64,000 nucleotides of DNA from Candidatus Bathyarchaeota archaeon (GCA_963827165.1 CAWGZR010000010.1:192001-256000); one strand, 5' to 3'; positions 19,815 to 31,354 are shown, counted from the first letter of the stretch. The notes: generated by a model not told the origin, from the letters alone. Numbers and translations are program-made.

Positions 19815-20882
19815 ATGGTGAAGATTGATTTCGGTGGCGTCAAAGAAGATGTCATCACCCGCGAAGAATTCACGGTAAAACAAGCTCAAAAAATCCTAAA
19901 AGATGAAGTCGTCGTCTCGCTTGGCTACGGCATTCAAGGTCAAGCTCAATCCCTAAACATGCGTGACAACGGCATAAAAGTAATAATTGGGCAGGAAAAA
20001 GAAGGCGTATTCAAAAAAGAATGGGACAAGGCAATTGCAGATGGCTGGAAACCTGGCGAAAACCTCTTCCCCATGGAAGAAGCATCCAAAAAAGGCACAA
20101 TCAAAATGTACCTACTTACAGACTCAGCTCAAAAATTGGTATGGCCAAAAGTAAAAGCAACACTCAAAAAAGGAGACGCATTATACTTTAGCCATGGATT
20201 TAGCATCGTTTACAAAGAACAAACTGGCGTTATACCACCCAGCGACATAGACGTAATTCTTGTTGCACCAAAAGGCTCAGGTACATCAGTGCGCAGAAAC
20301 TTTGTTGACGGTAGCGGCATAAACTGTAGCTTTGCTGTCCACCAAGACGCGACTGGCAAAGCGATGGATCGTGCAAAAGCGCTTGGCATTGCAATTGGTG
20401 CTGGATATCTGTTTCCAACTACATTTGAAAAAGAAGTTTATAGCGACCTTACAGGGGAACGGGGCACATTAATGGGTGCACTCGCAGGAATACTTGAAGC
20501 ACAGTATAACACCCTTCGCGCGCATGGTCACAGCCCGAGTGAAGCATTTAACGAAAGCGTCGAAGAACTTACCCAGAGCCTTATTCGCTTAGTAGATGAA
20601 AACGGCATGGACTGGATGTACTGCAACTGCAGCGAAACCGCACGCATCGGTGCCCTACGCTGGAGACCCCGATTCCGAGAAGCAACTCAACCTGTCTTCG
20701 ACTCACTCTACGAACTTGTCGCTGCAGGCGAAGAAACTCGGATTGTGCTAGAAAAGAGCAAAGCACCAGATTATCGCCAGAAACTCGCTGACGAACTTAA
20801 AGAAATGGGTAACAGCGAAATGTGGCGTGCAGGTGCAACCGTCCGATCGCTACGACCTGGAAAACAAAAGAAGCAAGAATAA
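19815..20882 (+). CDS. ilvC: Ketol-acid reductoisomerase
   Basis: GYGIQGQAQSLNMRD, YFSHGF, VAPKGSG, SDLTGERG.LMG; start at ATG 19815 after GAGGT RBS. Confidence 0.97.
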   Translation: MVKIDFGGVKEDVITREEFTVKQAQKILKDEVVVSLGYGIQGQAQSLNMRDNGIKVIIGQEKEGVFKKEWDKAIADGWKPGENLFPMEEASKKGTIKMYLLTDSAQKLVWPKVKATLKKGDALYFSHGFSIVYKEQTGVIPPSDIDVILVAPKGSGTSVRRNFVDGSGINCSFAVHQDATGKAMDRAKALGIAIGAGYLFPTTFEKEVYSDLTGERGTLMGALAGILEAQYNTLRAHGHSPSEAFNESVEELTQSLIRLVDENGMDWMYCNCSETARIGALRWRPRFREATQPVFDSLYELVAAGEETRIVLEKSKAPDYRQKLADELKEMGNSEMWRAGATVRSLRPGKQKKQE

Positions 20883-20909
20883 ACTTCTTTTTTCATTTTA
20901 GTTTTTTTA

Positions 20910-21698
20910 TTACATTAAAAAATAATTCTGACTATCAGCGGCCATTTCCATGTAGTCAGTTAAAGCTTGATTCTCAGAGGTTAAATCAGCGACACCTAGC
21001 ATATAGGAGGAGTGTTTCTCTAACTCTACTTCTTTGGAGTATGGGGTTTTGGTAAAGCGTAGCACTGTGTTTGCTTTTGCAGTAGTTATTTCTTGCAGGA
21101 TGCTGTTTCTCCTGCTGCTTTCATGAGGAAGATAGGTTGCAATTATGATAATATGATGTTTTCTTGCGAAGTTTGAAAGGTAATTCATGATTTGGCTGTA
21201 GACTGTTCTTGCTTCTTGGTCATCCACGTTGTCACGTAAGAATGGACTTGCAATGTCTGAGATTACTACGAGTTTTACATCGCATTTTTCCACTACTTCC
21301 TGCAGTTTTTCCATTATTAGAGAAGTTAGCCTGTAGGCTGTGTATACGCGCATATCGTGCACTCTATCAAGTGCTGTTTTAGTGTCTAAATGTTGGTGCT
21401 GTGCGTTGTGTTCGATGTTTGAAAAAGAAGAGCTGCTTGCACAGTCGATGAAAACAACATCGCTGCCTAATCCTCCATGTTGCACTGGCAATTGGGCACG
21501 AACGCAGAATAACGAGGTCAATGAAGTTACTGATTCGGGGCCGTAGAGGATGGCGAATTCTCCTGCGCTGAATCCTGGAAAAAGATTATCGATTTCAGAT
21601 ATGTTAAAAGTAAACCGTATGGCAGTTTGCACGGTATTTTCTTTGTTCAATAACCGTTCTTGCATAATCGATGGTTTGATTATTAGGCTCTGTCGCAT
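20910..21698 (-). CDS. RecA/RadA-superfamily paralog with degenerate Walker A
   Basis: IDNLFPGFSAGEFAILYGP, GGLGSDVVFID, LVVISD; P-loop reads GPESVTS instead of GxxGxGKT. Confidence 0.75.
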   Translation of the reverse strand: MRQSLIIKPSIMQERLLNKENTVQTAIRFTFNISEIDNLFPGFSAGEFAILYGPESVTSLTSLFCVRAQLPVQHGGLGSDVVFIDCASSSSFSNIEHNAQHQHLDTKTALDRVHDMRVYTAYRLTSLIMEKLQEVVEKCDVKLVVISDIASPFLRDNVDDQEARTVYSQIMNYLSNFARKHHIIIIATYLPHESSRRNSILQEITTAKANTVLRFTKTPYSKEVELEKHSSYMLGVADLTSENQALTDYMEMAADSQNYFLM

Positions 21699-22030
21699 GT
21701 GCTTTCACTAAAACCCGTTACGTCTGATTAGCCTATTTAAACTATCAGTTAACCAACATTACTGACTAGGGGAGGGTAGACTGAAAGTGAAACTTAAACT
21801 TTCGTTGCGACCCATTGTCCTTACGGTTTGGCCTGTCTAAGGCATATTGAACCAACCGATTGTTGGGGAAAGACAGAAGAAGCAAGAGTAATCTTCGCTC
21901 TATTTCTTTAGTTATACTCTTGTAATTTTGGAGCAGTTTAGACTATTATTTATACTATAAAAAATAAAAAACAAAGATTTAGTCCTAAAAAATTTAGGAC
22001 CAAAAACTCTCTATTGGCTAAGCGATAGTC

Positions 22031-22249
22031 TTAGAGCCATGATTTAGAAAGGATTCTTTTGCAGGTGCTGCAAACAGTATAGATCTCTTGCTCGTTTTTT
22101 ATGAGCAGTTCGGTCTCTGCCGTTGACTTGCAATTTGGGCAAATGTCATTATGTAGCATATATTCATCTCCGATTTGTTTGAGGCAGGTCTTACATGAAC
22201 CAAAAATTTGAGTTTCAGCGTGGCTTAATGTTGTAAACAGTAAGGACAC
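22031..22249 (-). CDS. Small Zn-finger protein
   Basis: Three CxxC pairs (CKTC, CPNC, CSTC). Confidence 0.6.
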   Translation of the reverse strand: MSLLFTTLSHAETQIFGSCKTCLKQIGDEYMLHNDICPNCKSTAETELLIKNEQEIYTVCSTCKRILSKSWL

Positions 22250-22536
22250 AAAACCAGTTTTTGGGTATCTTGTTTACGCTGTCGACTGATAGGTATAACT
22301 CGCTTGGCTGGATATATCTTTTACTCATCTGAACTAAGCCTTCTCGACGTTAAATGCCAAGTTCTCCCACCCATTATGGATGTTTTTGATTGTATTTTCT
22401 GCACAGCAAGAGCTTTTTGTTAGCAACCCAAAACGTTAAAGAACAAACAAATTTAACTATGAAAGGCAACGCTGAGTATTCGCTTCAAACTGGATTAATG
22501 CGCGGCGTCAGCAACGGTGAAGGCAAGGATGAAAAA

Positions 22537-23655
22537 ATGAATCGGAAAACAACAAAAACATTGAGGGCAGGATGCATCTTTTTTGCTATCTTTTTCTGCG
22601 CTTCCGCGTTATTGACTCAACCAGCCGAAGCGGCAAACACGGTTACAGCGACCATAACTGTGGGAAGTCAACCTGACGGCGTGGCTTTTGCCCCTGATGG
22701 TACACACGCATATGTTACGCATTACGTCAACGGTTCAGTTTCGGTCATAGATACGGCAACGAAAACCGTGAAGGCGACGGTTAGCCTTGGAAGCCAACCT
22801 GGCGGCGTAGCTGTGACCCCAAACAATGAGAATATTTATGTAACCAACAGCGGGAGCAATTCGGTTTCAGTGATAAGTGCAACTTTGAATTCTGTAATTG
22901 CGACCATTTCCGTCGGAAGCTACCCAGTGGGAGTTGCAGTAACGCCTAATGGCAAATACGCGTATGTGGCGAATGAAGGTAGCAACTCAGTCTCTGTTAT
23001 CAACACAGCCACAAACTCGGTGACGGCGACGATAATGGTTCTCCTTGACCCATGGGGAGTGGCTATAACGCACAGCGGCGCATACGCCTACGTTACAGAT
23101 GCCGGAAGCAACTCGGTTTCGGTCATAAACACGGCGACCAACACAGTGACTGCCACGGTAACTGTTGGAAATGAGCCTTTCGGGGTAGCCATAACACCTA
23201 ACGGCATCGCCTACGTAGTTAATGAACTGAATGCTTCGGTCTCAGTGATAGGCACAGCAACCAACATAGTCAAAGCAACAATAGCCGTTGGAATGGGCCC
23301 AACCAACGTGGCTGTAAGCCCAAACAACAAATACGCGTATGTCACGAACGAATTCAGCCAATCCCTCTCAGTAATCGATACAACGAACAACCAAGTCTCG
23401 GGAACGGTACCGCTTGGCGCTAATCCCAGCGTTGTTGCTGTAGCTCCCAACGGCTCATACATCTATGTTGCACTCGGAGAAAGCGGTACGATAAAAGTCA
23501 TAAACACATCGACGGCACCCGCGGCGAACAAGCTTTTGAGCGCATTAGACTGGACCATATTGATCGTTGCTATCATCATCATGGTGGTCTTTCTCATAGT
23601 TTTCGCGATGTTAAGACGCGGCAGAAAAAAGATCCAGTCGACAAAGACAGCTTGA
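22537..23655 (+). CDS. Secreted YVTN-repeat beta-propeller protein with C-terminal TM anchor
   Basis: Signal peptide from MNRK; about 7 repeats of P.GVAVTP.G..AYVTN.GSNSVSVI.TATN.V.ATI.VG. Confidence 0.92.
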   Translation: MNRKTTKTLRAGCIFFAIFFCASALLTQPAEAANTVTATITVGSQPDGVAFAPDGTHAYVTHYVNGSVSVIDTATKTVKATVSLGSQPGGVAVTPNNENIYVTNSGSNSVSVISATLNSVIATISVGSYPVGVAVTPNGKYAYVANEGSNSVSVINTATNSVTATIMVLLDPWGVAITHSGAYAYVTDAGSNSVSVINTATNTVTATVTVGNEPFGVAITPNGIAYVVNELNASVSVIGTATNIVKATIAVGMGPTNVAVSPNNKYAYVTNEFSQSLSVIDTTNNQVSGTVPLGANPSVVAVAPNGSYIYVALGESGTIKVINTSTAPAANKLLSALDWTILIVAIIIMVVFLIVFAMLRRGRKKIQSTKTA

Positions 23656-23740
23656 AAGATTCTCTCGATATCTTGCTTGTGGGGCAAGCTAATTTTTTAT
23701 ACTTGAAAACGACGCTTCCTAAACGACAGGGGCAAGAAAT

Positions 23741-25084
23741 TTGGATTACATCGCAGTTGCTGCAGTAGCCATCTTTGCGGTGACGCTTTTTCTTATGATT
23801 AAGCGCCCCTTCGGTTTGCGGTTGGGCTACGCAGCGGGAATCGGCGCTGCCGCCTCGCTCCTCTTAGGCACGGTTAGTTTGGGGCAGGCTGCACGGTCTT
23901 TCCTCGATATTTGGGACGCAGCATTAGCGTTCCTTGGCATAGTAGCGCTCTCCGTAACGTTGGATGCGATGGGCTTCTTTAGATGGGCTGCGCTGCGCGT
24001 AGTCAGGATTGCTGGTGGCAGCGGATTGAGACTTTTCATCTACATTTGCCTGCTCACTGCAGCCGTTAGCATTCTTTTTGCGAATGACAGCGCAGTTTTG
24101 ATTTTGATCCCAATCGTTTTGGAAATTGTAACTTGTCTGGGCATTGACTCAAAGGGTAAACTCGCGTACCTCTTCAGCGCAGGCCTAATGGCTGACACAG
24201 CTGCAATGCCGCTCATCACAAGCAATCCCATCAACATTTTAAGCGCTGACTTTTTCAAATACAGCTTCGCCGACCACCTGGTTTTAATGGGACCCGTAGC
24301 CGTAGCAACAATTCTAAGCAGCTTACTTCTGTTTTACCTGTTCTTTAGAAAACAGATTCCCAAATCCTATAACATGGAAGCTGCGGATTCACTAAATTCT
24401 GGAAAACCAGTTATTTCTCCCCTTCTTCTAAGGATAAGCTTGGCAACACTCGTTGCAATCGACATAGGTTACGTACTGACCTCTTTGAATCGGTTCCCAG
24501 TTTCAATAATCATTTGCAGCGGAACGGTTTTTCTGGTCGCAGTTTACTGGTTTACGTTGAAGTGGAATGGCTCGGTGAACGGTGAGAAAAAAGGGGTCGT
24601 TGGCTTGGCACGGGACATCAACTGGGATATCGTGCTTTTCATGTTCAGCATTTTTCTGGTCGTCCAAGGACTGGAAACCGCCGGCATCACGAATTTGATT
24701 GCGTCTGCACTTCTTGCAACAAGCAAGTTACCCTCGGTTCTTGGGATTTTTGGGCCAAGCATGGTTGTAACGATTGGAGCAAGTTTCATGAATAATTGGC
24801 CCATGACAATTCTCGGGCTACTAAGCATCCAACACATAGGAGCGACTGGATCCGAATTAACAGGACTGATTTTTAGCAATATAATCGGAAACAACTTGGG
24901 TCCGCACTTCTTCCCTCTGGGATCACTGGCGATTGTGATTTGGCTGGAAACGATGAAGCGAAAAGGAGTCACCATTAGTCTCAAAGAATATCTCAAAGTT
25001 GGCGCTGTACTGTCTATTGCACAGGTTGCAATTGCTTCGGCTGTTCTGTGGGCTGAATTAATCGCAGGCTTCCATTTGCTATAA
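23741..25084 (+). CDS. arsB: ArsB/NhaD-family arsenite efflux membrane protein
   Basis: LFANDSAVLILIPIV, ADTAAMPLITSNPINI, MNNWP, NLGPHFFPLGSLA; about 12 TM helices. Confidence 0.85.
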   Translation: MDYIAVAAVAIFAVTLFLMIKRPFGLRLGYAAGIGAAASLLLGTVSLGQAARSFLDIWDAALAFLGIVALSVTLDAMGFFRWAALRVVRIAGGSGLRLFIYICLLTAAVSILFANDSAVLILIPIVLEIVTCLGIDSKGKLAYLFSAGLMADTAAMPLITSNPINILSADFFKYSFADHLVLMGPVAVATILSSLLLFYLFFRKQIPKSYNMEAADSLNSGKPVISPLLLRISLATLVAIDIGYVLTSLNRFPVSIIICSGTVFLVAVYWFTLKWNGSVNGEKKGVVGLARDINWDIVLFMFSIFLVVQGLETAGITNLIASALLATSKLPSVLGIFGPSMVVTIGASFMNNWPMTILGLLSIQHIGATGSELTGLIFSNIIGNNLGPHFFPLGSLAIVIWLETMKRKGVTISLKEYLKVGAVLSIAQVAIASAVLWAELIAGFHLL

Positions 25085-25107
25085 ATTTGGATGAAAATTA
25101 TACTCGG

Positions 25108-26147
25108 TTAAGATAACTTGAGTTTGCTGAATATTTCCCTGTATACTCTTAGGGCTTCTTGCTCGCTTGAAACTTTCTTGATTAGCATTCGCCCGCCGTT
25201 GAATAAGCTAACTTCATAGTTATTATAAGTGAACATTAGAGCCAAACTTGATTTTAAACGGACATTAAACTTCTGTTTTACGGCTGGATAGATTTCTTCA
25301 AGGTTAAGTTTTAAGGGTTTTTCAGGGTTGATGTTGGCTGTGTCGCGTCCGCAAAGCCAAACTAGCCGTTCGCCGCCAGCGGCAGTGGATATTTCCCCGT
25401 GGCAAACGGGGCAACGGGTACTCTTTGAAATGTCTATGGTTGTGAAATCCATGTCTCTAAAGTCACAGACCAAAAGCTTGCCCTTCAAGGTTGGTCCCGC
25501 ATCGGCAAGAAGCTTTATGGTTTCCATTGCTTGCAGAGCGCCGATTATTCCCGGCGTAGCCCCAATAACACCCCGTGTGCTACAAGTTAGTAAATCGTTG
25601 TCGGAGAGATTTGGCAACAGACACTCTAAGCAGCCAGTTTGAGGTGGCTGAAAGACTGAGAGATTCCCTTCGATGCCGATTGCTGCCCCAAAAACGTAGG
25701 GGATCCTCATCTTTATGCAGGCTCGGTTAACTAGGTAACGGGTAACCATATTGTCTAAACCGTCAACAACGCAATCTACACCTTGCAAAAGTCTTTCCAC
25801 GTTGCCTATGTTCACGTTCTCGGTGAAAGCCTCAGCCTTAACCAACGGATTGAGTTCCTGCAAGCGTCTTGCAGCGACTTCAGCCTTTGGGTAATGCAAG
25901 TCAGCTGGCGTATAAAGGATTTGGCGGTGAAGATTCTGCATTTCAATCGTATCTTGGTCAATTAATCTGATATAACCGACACCGCTTAAAGCAAGATACA
26001 GCGAAGAAACCGCGCCCAACCCACCTACGCCGACCACTACAACTTTGGATTTGCACAGACGGCTTTGCCCTTTTTCCCTAGCTCCTTCATTGCGACTTGA
26101 CGACTGTAGAATTCTTTAGCGAAGGCGTCCTTGTCTGCTGCATCCAC
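25108..26147 (-). CDS. ThiF/MoeB/HesA E1-like adenylyltransferase (frameshift near N-terminus)
   Basis: FYSRQ in the upstream frame, VVGVGGLG, NLHRQ, DGLDN, CLEC, CPVC and C-terminal WLCGRD domain. Confidence 0.9.
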
Positions 26148-26272
26148 TTCAATCAATCTCCAAAAAGAAGTTGTTATGCAGTCTTATATTTGCCTTTACA
26201 GCGAAGTCGAAAAAGCCTCAGGCTAAAAAAGTCGGAGGAATTTTGGGGCGCATCGATTTTGGTAACATTCAG

Positions 26273-27541
26273 CTATGGAAATAACCCTTGCTGAATGATA
26301 GGGATTGCTGAATCGTTAGAGTTCACCAAAATCTCAATGCTTTGTAGGTTTGGTAAATTCGGCGTTGAAAAATTTGGACCAGTCACAATAACGCTTTGAT
26401 TTGTGAATTGAGTGTTAATAATTTGACCATGCGAGAGAAATATGGGATTTGTTTGAAGAAAAGAGGTTTGGGCGTTCACTGCAGCGTACCCCGCCAATAT
26501 AGCGGTAGAAATAAGAATAGCCATAAGCAACGCGGTGGCAACTCGGCGATGAGATTTAATACTCTGCTTTGACGTCGCGACATTAATTTTGTTTACTCTG
26601 TGAAGGACCTGAGGATGGGCCGCAAGTATTTCGGGTCTACGAGCAAGTGGAGAAACAAGAAACAGGCTTGCTGAAAGCCTATTTGAAAACCGTTCTCTCG
26701 GGTAACCTTGAAGAACACCTTCAATCTTTGTAAGCACACTTGCCATAAGTTCAGGTTTCCTCAGCAAAGTAGCACCTTTCTCGTCCGCGAGAAACTCTCT
26801 TTCTTGCTGAGCATACGAAGATGCAAAATACGACAATGGATTAAAAAAAGAAAGCAAGTTCAAGCTGCACGAAATACTCTTGAAAAAGTAATCTCTAGCT
26901 TTAATATGCGAAAGTTCATGGGAAACAACCGCCTCCAACTCTTCTGTGTCAAGAATCTTTAAAATGCCCAAAGAGAAAACAAGCACAGTTCCCCGCCCAT
27001 AGCCCAAGGTAAAAGCGTTAGGTCTCAAATCATCAATCAACCCCACTTTCGGAGAAGAAATACTCATTTTTTGAGCGATTGCCTTCACCTTTTCCTGAAC
27101 AAGCACATATTCCTCTTGACCCATCATAACCACGTGAAAAGATCTCATCGCTATTCTTCGCCCAAAAACAAAAGTCACCGTAAAATACGCAGCGGCCGCA
27201 ACCACCCCGCCAATACATAACAAGCCAGTGATTGAAACAACACTCAAGAACGGAATTTTGCCGGCGCCCAAAACAATGCCGGCTGAAGTGTTGGCCGTAA
27301 CCGAAAGTGGGTGTGGCGGCAGCGGCAGCAGAGAAATTTGAGTTTTTGGCTGGAAGAATATTAGGCTGAAGACGGGTAAGAAAAGCGGCATCAAGTGCAG
27401 AATACTGCGAGTTTTCACGTTTAGTGAAGAACTGAACTTCAGGAAGATTTCAACGCATATGAAAGAGAGTAAGAGGAAAAACAGAGAGTAGAAAAAGTAG
27501 GGTTGATAGAACTGCGTTACAAAGTCGCCTAAACTCACCAT
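26273..27541 (-). CDS. Membrane zinc metallopeptidase (M48 HtpX / M56 BlaR1-like)
   Basis: PNAF, EELEAVVSHELSHIK, REFLAD, AHP...R motifs and several TM helices. Confidence 0.88.
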   Translation of the reverse strand: MVSLGDFVTQFYQPYFFYSLFFLLLSFICVEIFLKFSSSLNVKTRSILHLMPLFLPVFSLIFFQPKTQISLLPLPPHPLSVTANTSAGIVLGAGKIPFLSVVSITGLLCIGGVVAAAAYFTVTFVFGRRIAMRSFHVVMMGQEEYVLVQEKVKAIAQKMSISSPKVGLIDDLRPNAFTLGYGRGTVLVFSLGILKILDTEELEAVVSHELSHIKARDYFFKSISCSLNLLSFFNPLSYFASSYAQQEREFLADEKGATLLRKPELMASVLTKIEGVLQGYPRERFSNRLSASLFLVSPLARRPEILAAHPQVLHRVNKINVATSKQSIKSHRRVATALLMAILISTAILAGYAAVNAQTSFLQTNPIFLSHGQIINTQFTNQSVIVTGPNFSTPNLPNLQSIEILVNSNDSAIPIIQQGLFP

Positions 27542-27949
27542 TTAAGTCACTGCTTCTTTTCTTTCATAATTTTTTCTTTTTGCTTCTATCTAATTTAGCG
27601 AATATTCTGGGTTTATAGTTTGTTAAGTTATTTGCTGGACAGTTTTTGGTTAAAGCCATGAGTGAACTGGGGGCAAATTGGAAAAAAGTTTATACGCTTT
27701 AGTTACTATCGTCAATAGTAGCCAAGGAAAGAAAGGAGGCAAATGAACCGGCGAAAAACCACAAAAAAAGACAAAACCGCCAAAATAGCATTTACCCTAA
27801 AGCCGCCGCTAGCATAACAGCCCTTTACCCAAGACCCTAACAAAACTCTTCTTCTCCTTTTAAGAGTTGAACTCCCTGCCCAATGGGAGCTTCAATGCTG
27901 GCGGCGGCTGCAAAATCAGTGGGTTAGAAAAACCGTTGTTTCGGTTGAG

Positions 27950-29651
27950 TTACCGCGGATTTTCCGCGTATTTTCCTTTTTTCAGGAATTGTTTTTCATA
28001 GATTTCCTTGACTTTGTCGATGGTATCTGCCTCTTGCGGCGTCTTGTCATCTCGGATGCGGCTTATGCGAGCGAACCTTAACGCCATTTGGCTTTGGTAT
28101 TTGGGGCTTCTTCTGAACCTCGTTGTACACCACTTCCACCACGATTTTGGGTATAACAATAACCCGATGACCTTCTTCCGCGACGACGGATTCTTTTAGT
28201 CTCCGTGTCATCTCGATTATTTCAGCGTCCGTTAGCCCCTTGAAAGTTTTTCCCAACTCCAAATACCCGCCCGTCTCTGTGTCTCTCGCTGCAAGGTAAT
28301 AGTCTGAAAGCCAACCTTTACGTCGCCCGTAGCCGTATTCTGCAGCTGTTATTACGAGGTCTAAGGGTTCAAGGGCGGTTTTGATTTTCAACCATTTTTT
28401 TCCTCTCCTCCCAGGAGTGTACGGACTGTCGAGTTTCTTCGCCATCAATCCTTCATGACCCGCCGCCATGGCATCTTTGAAGAAAGACTCAGCTTCACCA
28501 GCTTTTTCGGTGACTATTTGCTTGCTCAACGGTACTTGGCCTGCGGTTTCCACTAGGATTTGCCTGCGCTTGGCATAGGGTACTGCGATTAGGCTTTCGC
28601 CGTTGAGGTAGAGTATATCGAAAAGGTACAGGGTTAAAGGGATTTTCTTGGCCGCCCCAGACACATCGCGGATCCGCTTGAATCGTCGCATCAGATGCTG
28701 AAAAGCTATCGGGAACCCACCGCTGTTGAGCGCGACCACTTCGCCTTCAATTATAGCTGACTGAGCTTTGACATTGAACTTTACGGTTTCAACGATTTCA
28801 GGGAGGCTCTCTGTCACGTTGGTTAGTCTCCTACTGAAAACCGCTACCTCACCGTTTTGCAGGTGAATCTGAACCCTAGCGCCGTCATACTTGAATTCAA
28901 AAGCAGATTTGCAATCCTGCGCGTCCAACGCTTCTTTCACGGTTTGGGCAGTCTGGGCAAGCATAAGTTTGACAGGTCTAAAAACGTTGAAGCCTGCTTT
29001 TGCTAAACCCTCAGCCCCTTCGGTTTTCAACTTTAACGCGACTTCGCCGATGTCACCCAAAAGCATGTTTGCTTTCTGAATCTGTTTCACTGAAACTTGG
29101 AACGCCTTCGCAACAGCCTGCTCCATCAATCCTTCCTGAAGACCGGTGCGCATCTCACCAGTGAAGATTTTAACGAGATATTTGGCTTCAACTGGAGCGG
29201 CTTGGCTTAACAAAGCGGTTATTAGACGTTCTTTTCGGGTTCTTGAGCCTGCGCCGCCAGTTTGAGCAATGGCTGCTAGCGACCGCCTTACTTCGGTTAT
29301 GGTAAGCGAGGTTTCGGTTAGCTGCGTTTGTTTTTTTGTCTTTGCTTGTTCAAGAACGGTTTTTGTTGCTGAGCCTATGTCGCCTGTGGCTACCATGGCT
29401 TGACGAAAAAGACTCCAGTCAAATTCGCTTACGCACTCCAACACGCGCGTCAGAGTTGACCAATTCACGTCAAGCGTTTTTTGGCTATACTTTGGGAATG
29501 CTCTGCCAACCATCATGTTCGTGGCAGGTTCAATCTCCACCCAATCGAGCGTCTTTAGGTAGTTTGCAGTCAAATCTATGATTTCCAGCCGTTTCCTTGT
29601 GGCTTCGACTTTTTCCAGCAGTTCCGACAGCGATCTAAAAGACGCGGGCAT
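27950..29651 (-). CDS. lig: ATP-dependent DNA ligase (C-terminal frameshift)
   Basis: Motif I EFKYDGARVQ, IIEGE, FDILY, EGLMAK, WLKIK; ALRFARISRIRDDK in a shifted frame. Confidence 0.96.
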
Positions 29652-29951
29652 AATTTGAACCTAAAAATGGACTATCAAAAGAAGACGTCTCGCACCTTAT
29701 TTATTTGCTTATTTTTAGCATTTCTTGTTAGTTTCGTTTGCTTCTAAGGATAACTAAGAGGATTATAGAGCATATACCCAAAAACGGCACAATTCGTCTA
29801 TGCAAAAGAGCGAGAGCTTAACTAGGGCGCAGGTCATTTCGGCGAGCTCTCAGAATTTTCGCGATTTTGAAAATTTAGAAGCCTATAAAATAAAGTTGAC
29901 AAAAGACTAAACCGCAAAACTAATAACTCAACACGAATGCCTACAAGCTGA

Positions 29952-30563
29952 ATGGGAAAAACTACAAAGGCTGGACGATTAAGAGAAAAAACGCTTGCTG
30001 ATGTGCAACTATCCAAGCAAACCACATTTGACAGCTTGCCCGTTGAACGGGAAAAGCCAACAGAAAAAGCTGATCTAAGCCACATTAAGAGAATATTGAT
30101 CACCGAAGTGTGCAGTGAAACAAAGGAAGATGACTTGGAGCTCAAAGTTGGGTTCAGATTGATTCCTTCTAAGTCTTCCTTTTCGAGGGTAGTTGAAGAA
30201 CTGTTTTTTGACGGGCAAAAACTGAATAGCTGCGTAGTCCGAATTCCTCAAGGTCCACTTTCAGCTGACGATTTGGAGTTACCTGTTTCCTCTTTAGACA
30301 TGAAAGGAATAATCGCTGGGCAGCACGTTATCCGAGTTGAAATGTATGAGTTGTGGAACTCCAAGGAAAAACTCTCTTGCACTTCTAAAGAAGTAACCGT
30401 GAACTATGTTCCAGTACGAAGGCAAGATAGGTACATAAAAATTCCGATAGTGAAAAACCTCTCGACAGAGATCGATGTGATTTTGGGCTCTGAAAAGAGG
30501 CTCTATGAAGAGATGGGAAAGGATCTTGAAAAAGAACGCGTAGGTAAACGGGACGAGTGGTAA
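29952..30563 (+). CDS. Hypothetical protein
   Basis: Intact 203-aa ORF with a beta-rich centre. Confidence 0.7.
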   Translation: MGKTTKAGRLREKTLADVQLSKQTTFDSLPVEREKPTEKADLSHIKRILITEVCSETKEDDLELKVGFRLIPSKSSFSRVVEELFFDGQKLNSCVVRIPQGPLSADDLELPVSSLDMKGIIAGQHVIRVEMYELWNSKEKLSCTSKEVTVNYVPVRRQDRYIKIPIVKNLSTEIDVILGSEKRLYEEMGKDLEKERVGKRDEW

Positions 30564-30652
30564 GTTATGTGGTTAATTCGTGAATCTTCGGCATGGCAAA
30601 ATATAATATGCACTTTATTTGAAAAGAGTTCGAGTTCTCTGAGGGGATAAAG

Positions 30653-30898
30653 ATGAAGCCGCTAAACCAAAAAACCAAAGATCAGTTGGTAGTCATCGGA
30701 TTGCTAGCTTTAGAATCAGGTTTCGTTTACAATGTGGTGATCAATTTTTACAATTACGCTGTCAAAGGAAGGTGGTACTTTTTGGTTCTCGGCATTTTAG
30801 CGACAATCGGAACAATCATCCTTATTGTTTATTTGCTTGTGATTCTCTTCACTTTTTTAGATAAAAGAAAGGTCCTAAAAGAATTCCAAACGACTTAA
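30653..30898 (+). CDS. Small 2-TM membrane protein
   Basis: Two hydrophobic helices; GAGGGG RBS upstream. Confidence 0.65.
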   Translation: MKPLNQKTKDQLVVIGLLALESGFVYNVVINFYNYAVKGRWYFLVLGILATIGTIILIVYLLVILFTFLDKRKVLKEFQTT

Positions 30899-30952
30899 AA
30901 ACTGGGACGAGAAATCAAAGAAAGAAAAAATCTGATTGACAACTCTGAACAA

Positions 30953-31354
30953 TCAGGAAAATATTGAGAACGATGATTCGCCTTCGGGTTCCTTTTGTTT
31001 GTCGTTGATTTCTTTGATTTTCTTGTTAAGTTCCTCTACTTCTTTGGTGTTGCCTAAAGCGTTCTGACTGTCTCTCGCCTGTTCAAGCGCGCTGACCCCG
31101 TATCGGTCAAATCCCTTGCTGAAGGCTACGTCAGCCGATTTCATGAAGAACTCAACCGCTTTCGGATAATCTTTTAGTTGGAAGCTGCATTCGCCGGCTT
31201 TGTAGTTCATTTCGGCTGAGCCAAAATAGTTTTGGCTTTTGTAGTACATTTCTGCTACTTTCATGAAAAGGTCGCGGGCTTCGGCGTAGTTGCCATTTTC
31301 CATCATCGCGTTAGCGTCTTTGTGAAGTTTAATCGGATCTTCTTTTACGCTCAT
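30953..31354 (-). CDS. TPR/SNAP-like helical repeat protein
   Basis: A...Y.KA.E repeats (NYAEARDLFMKVAEMY, DYPKAVEFFMKSAD). Confidence 0.75.
   Translation of the reverse strand: MSVKEDPIKLHKDANAMMENGNYAEARDLFMKVAEMYYKSQNYFGSAEMNYKAGECSFQLKDYPKAVEFFMKSADVAFSKGFDRYGVSALEQARDSQNALGNTKEVEELNKKIKEINDKQKEPEGESSFSIFS

Noticed and set aside
27867-27895. SECIS-like hairpin
   Set aside because: The GAA is fully paired in a simple stem and no adjacent gene needs UGA readthrough; more likely a terminator-type hairpin
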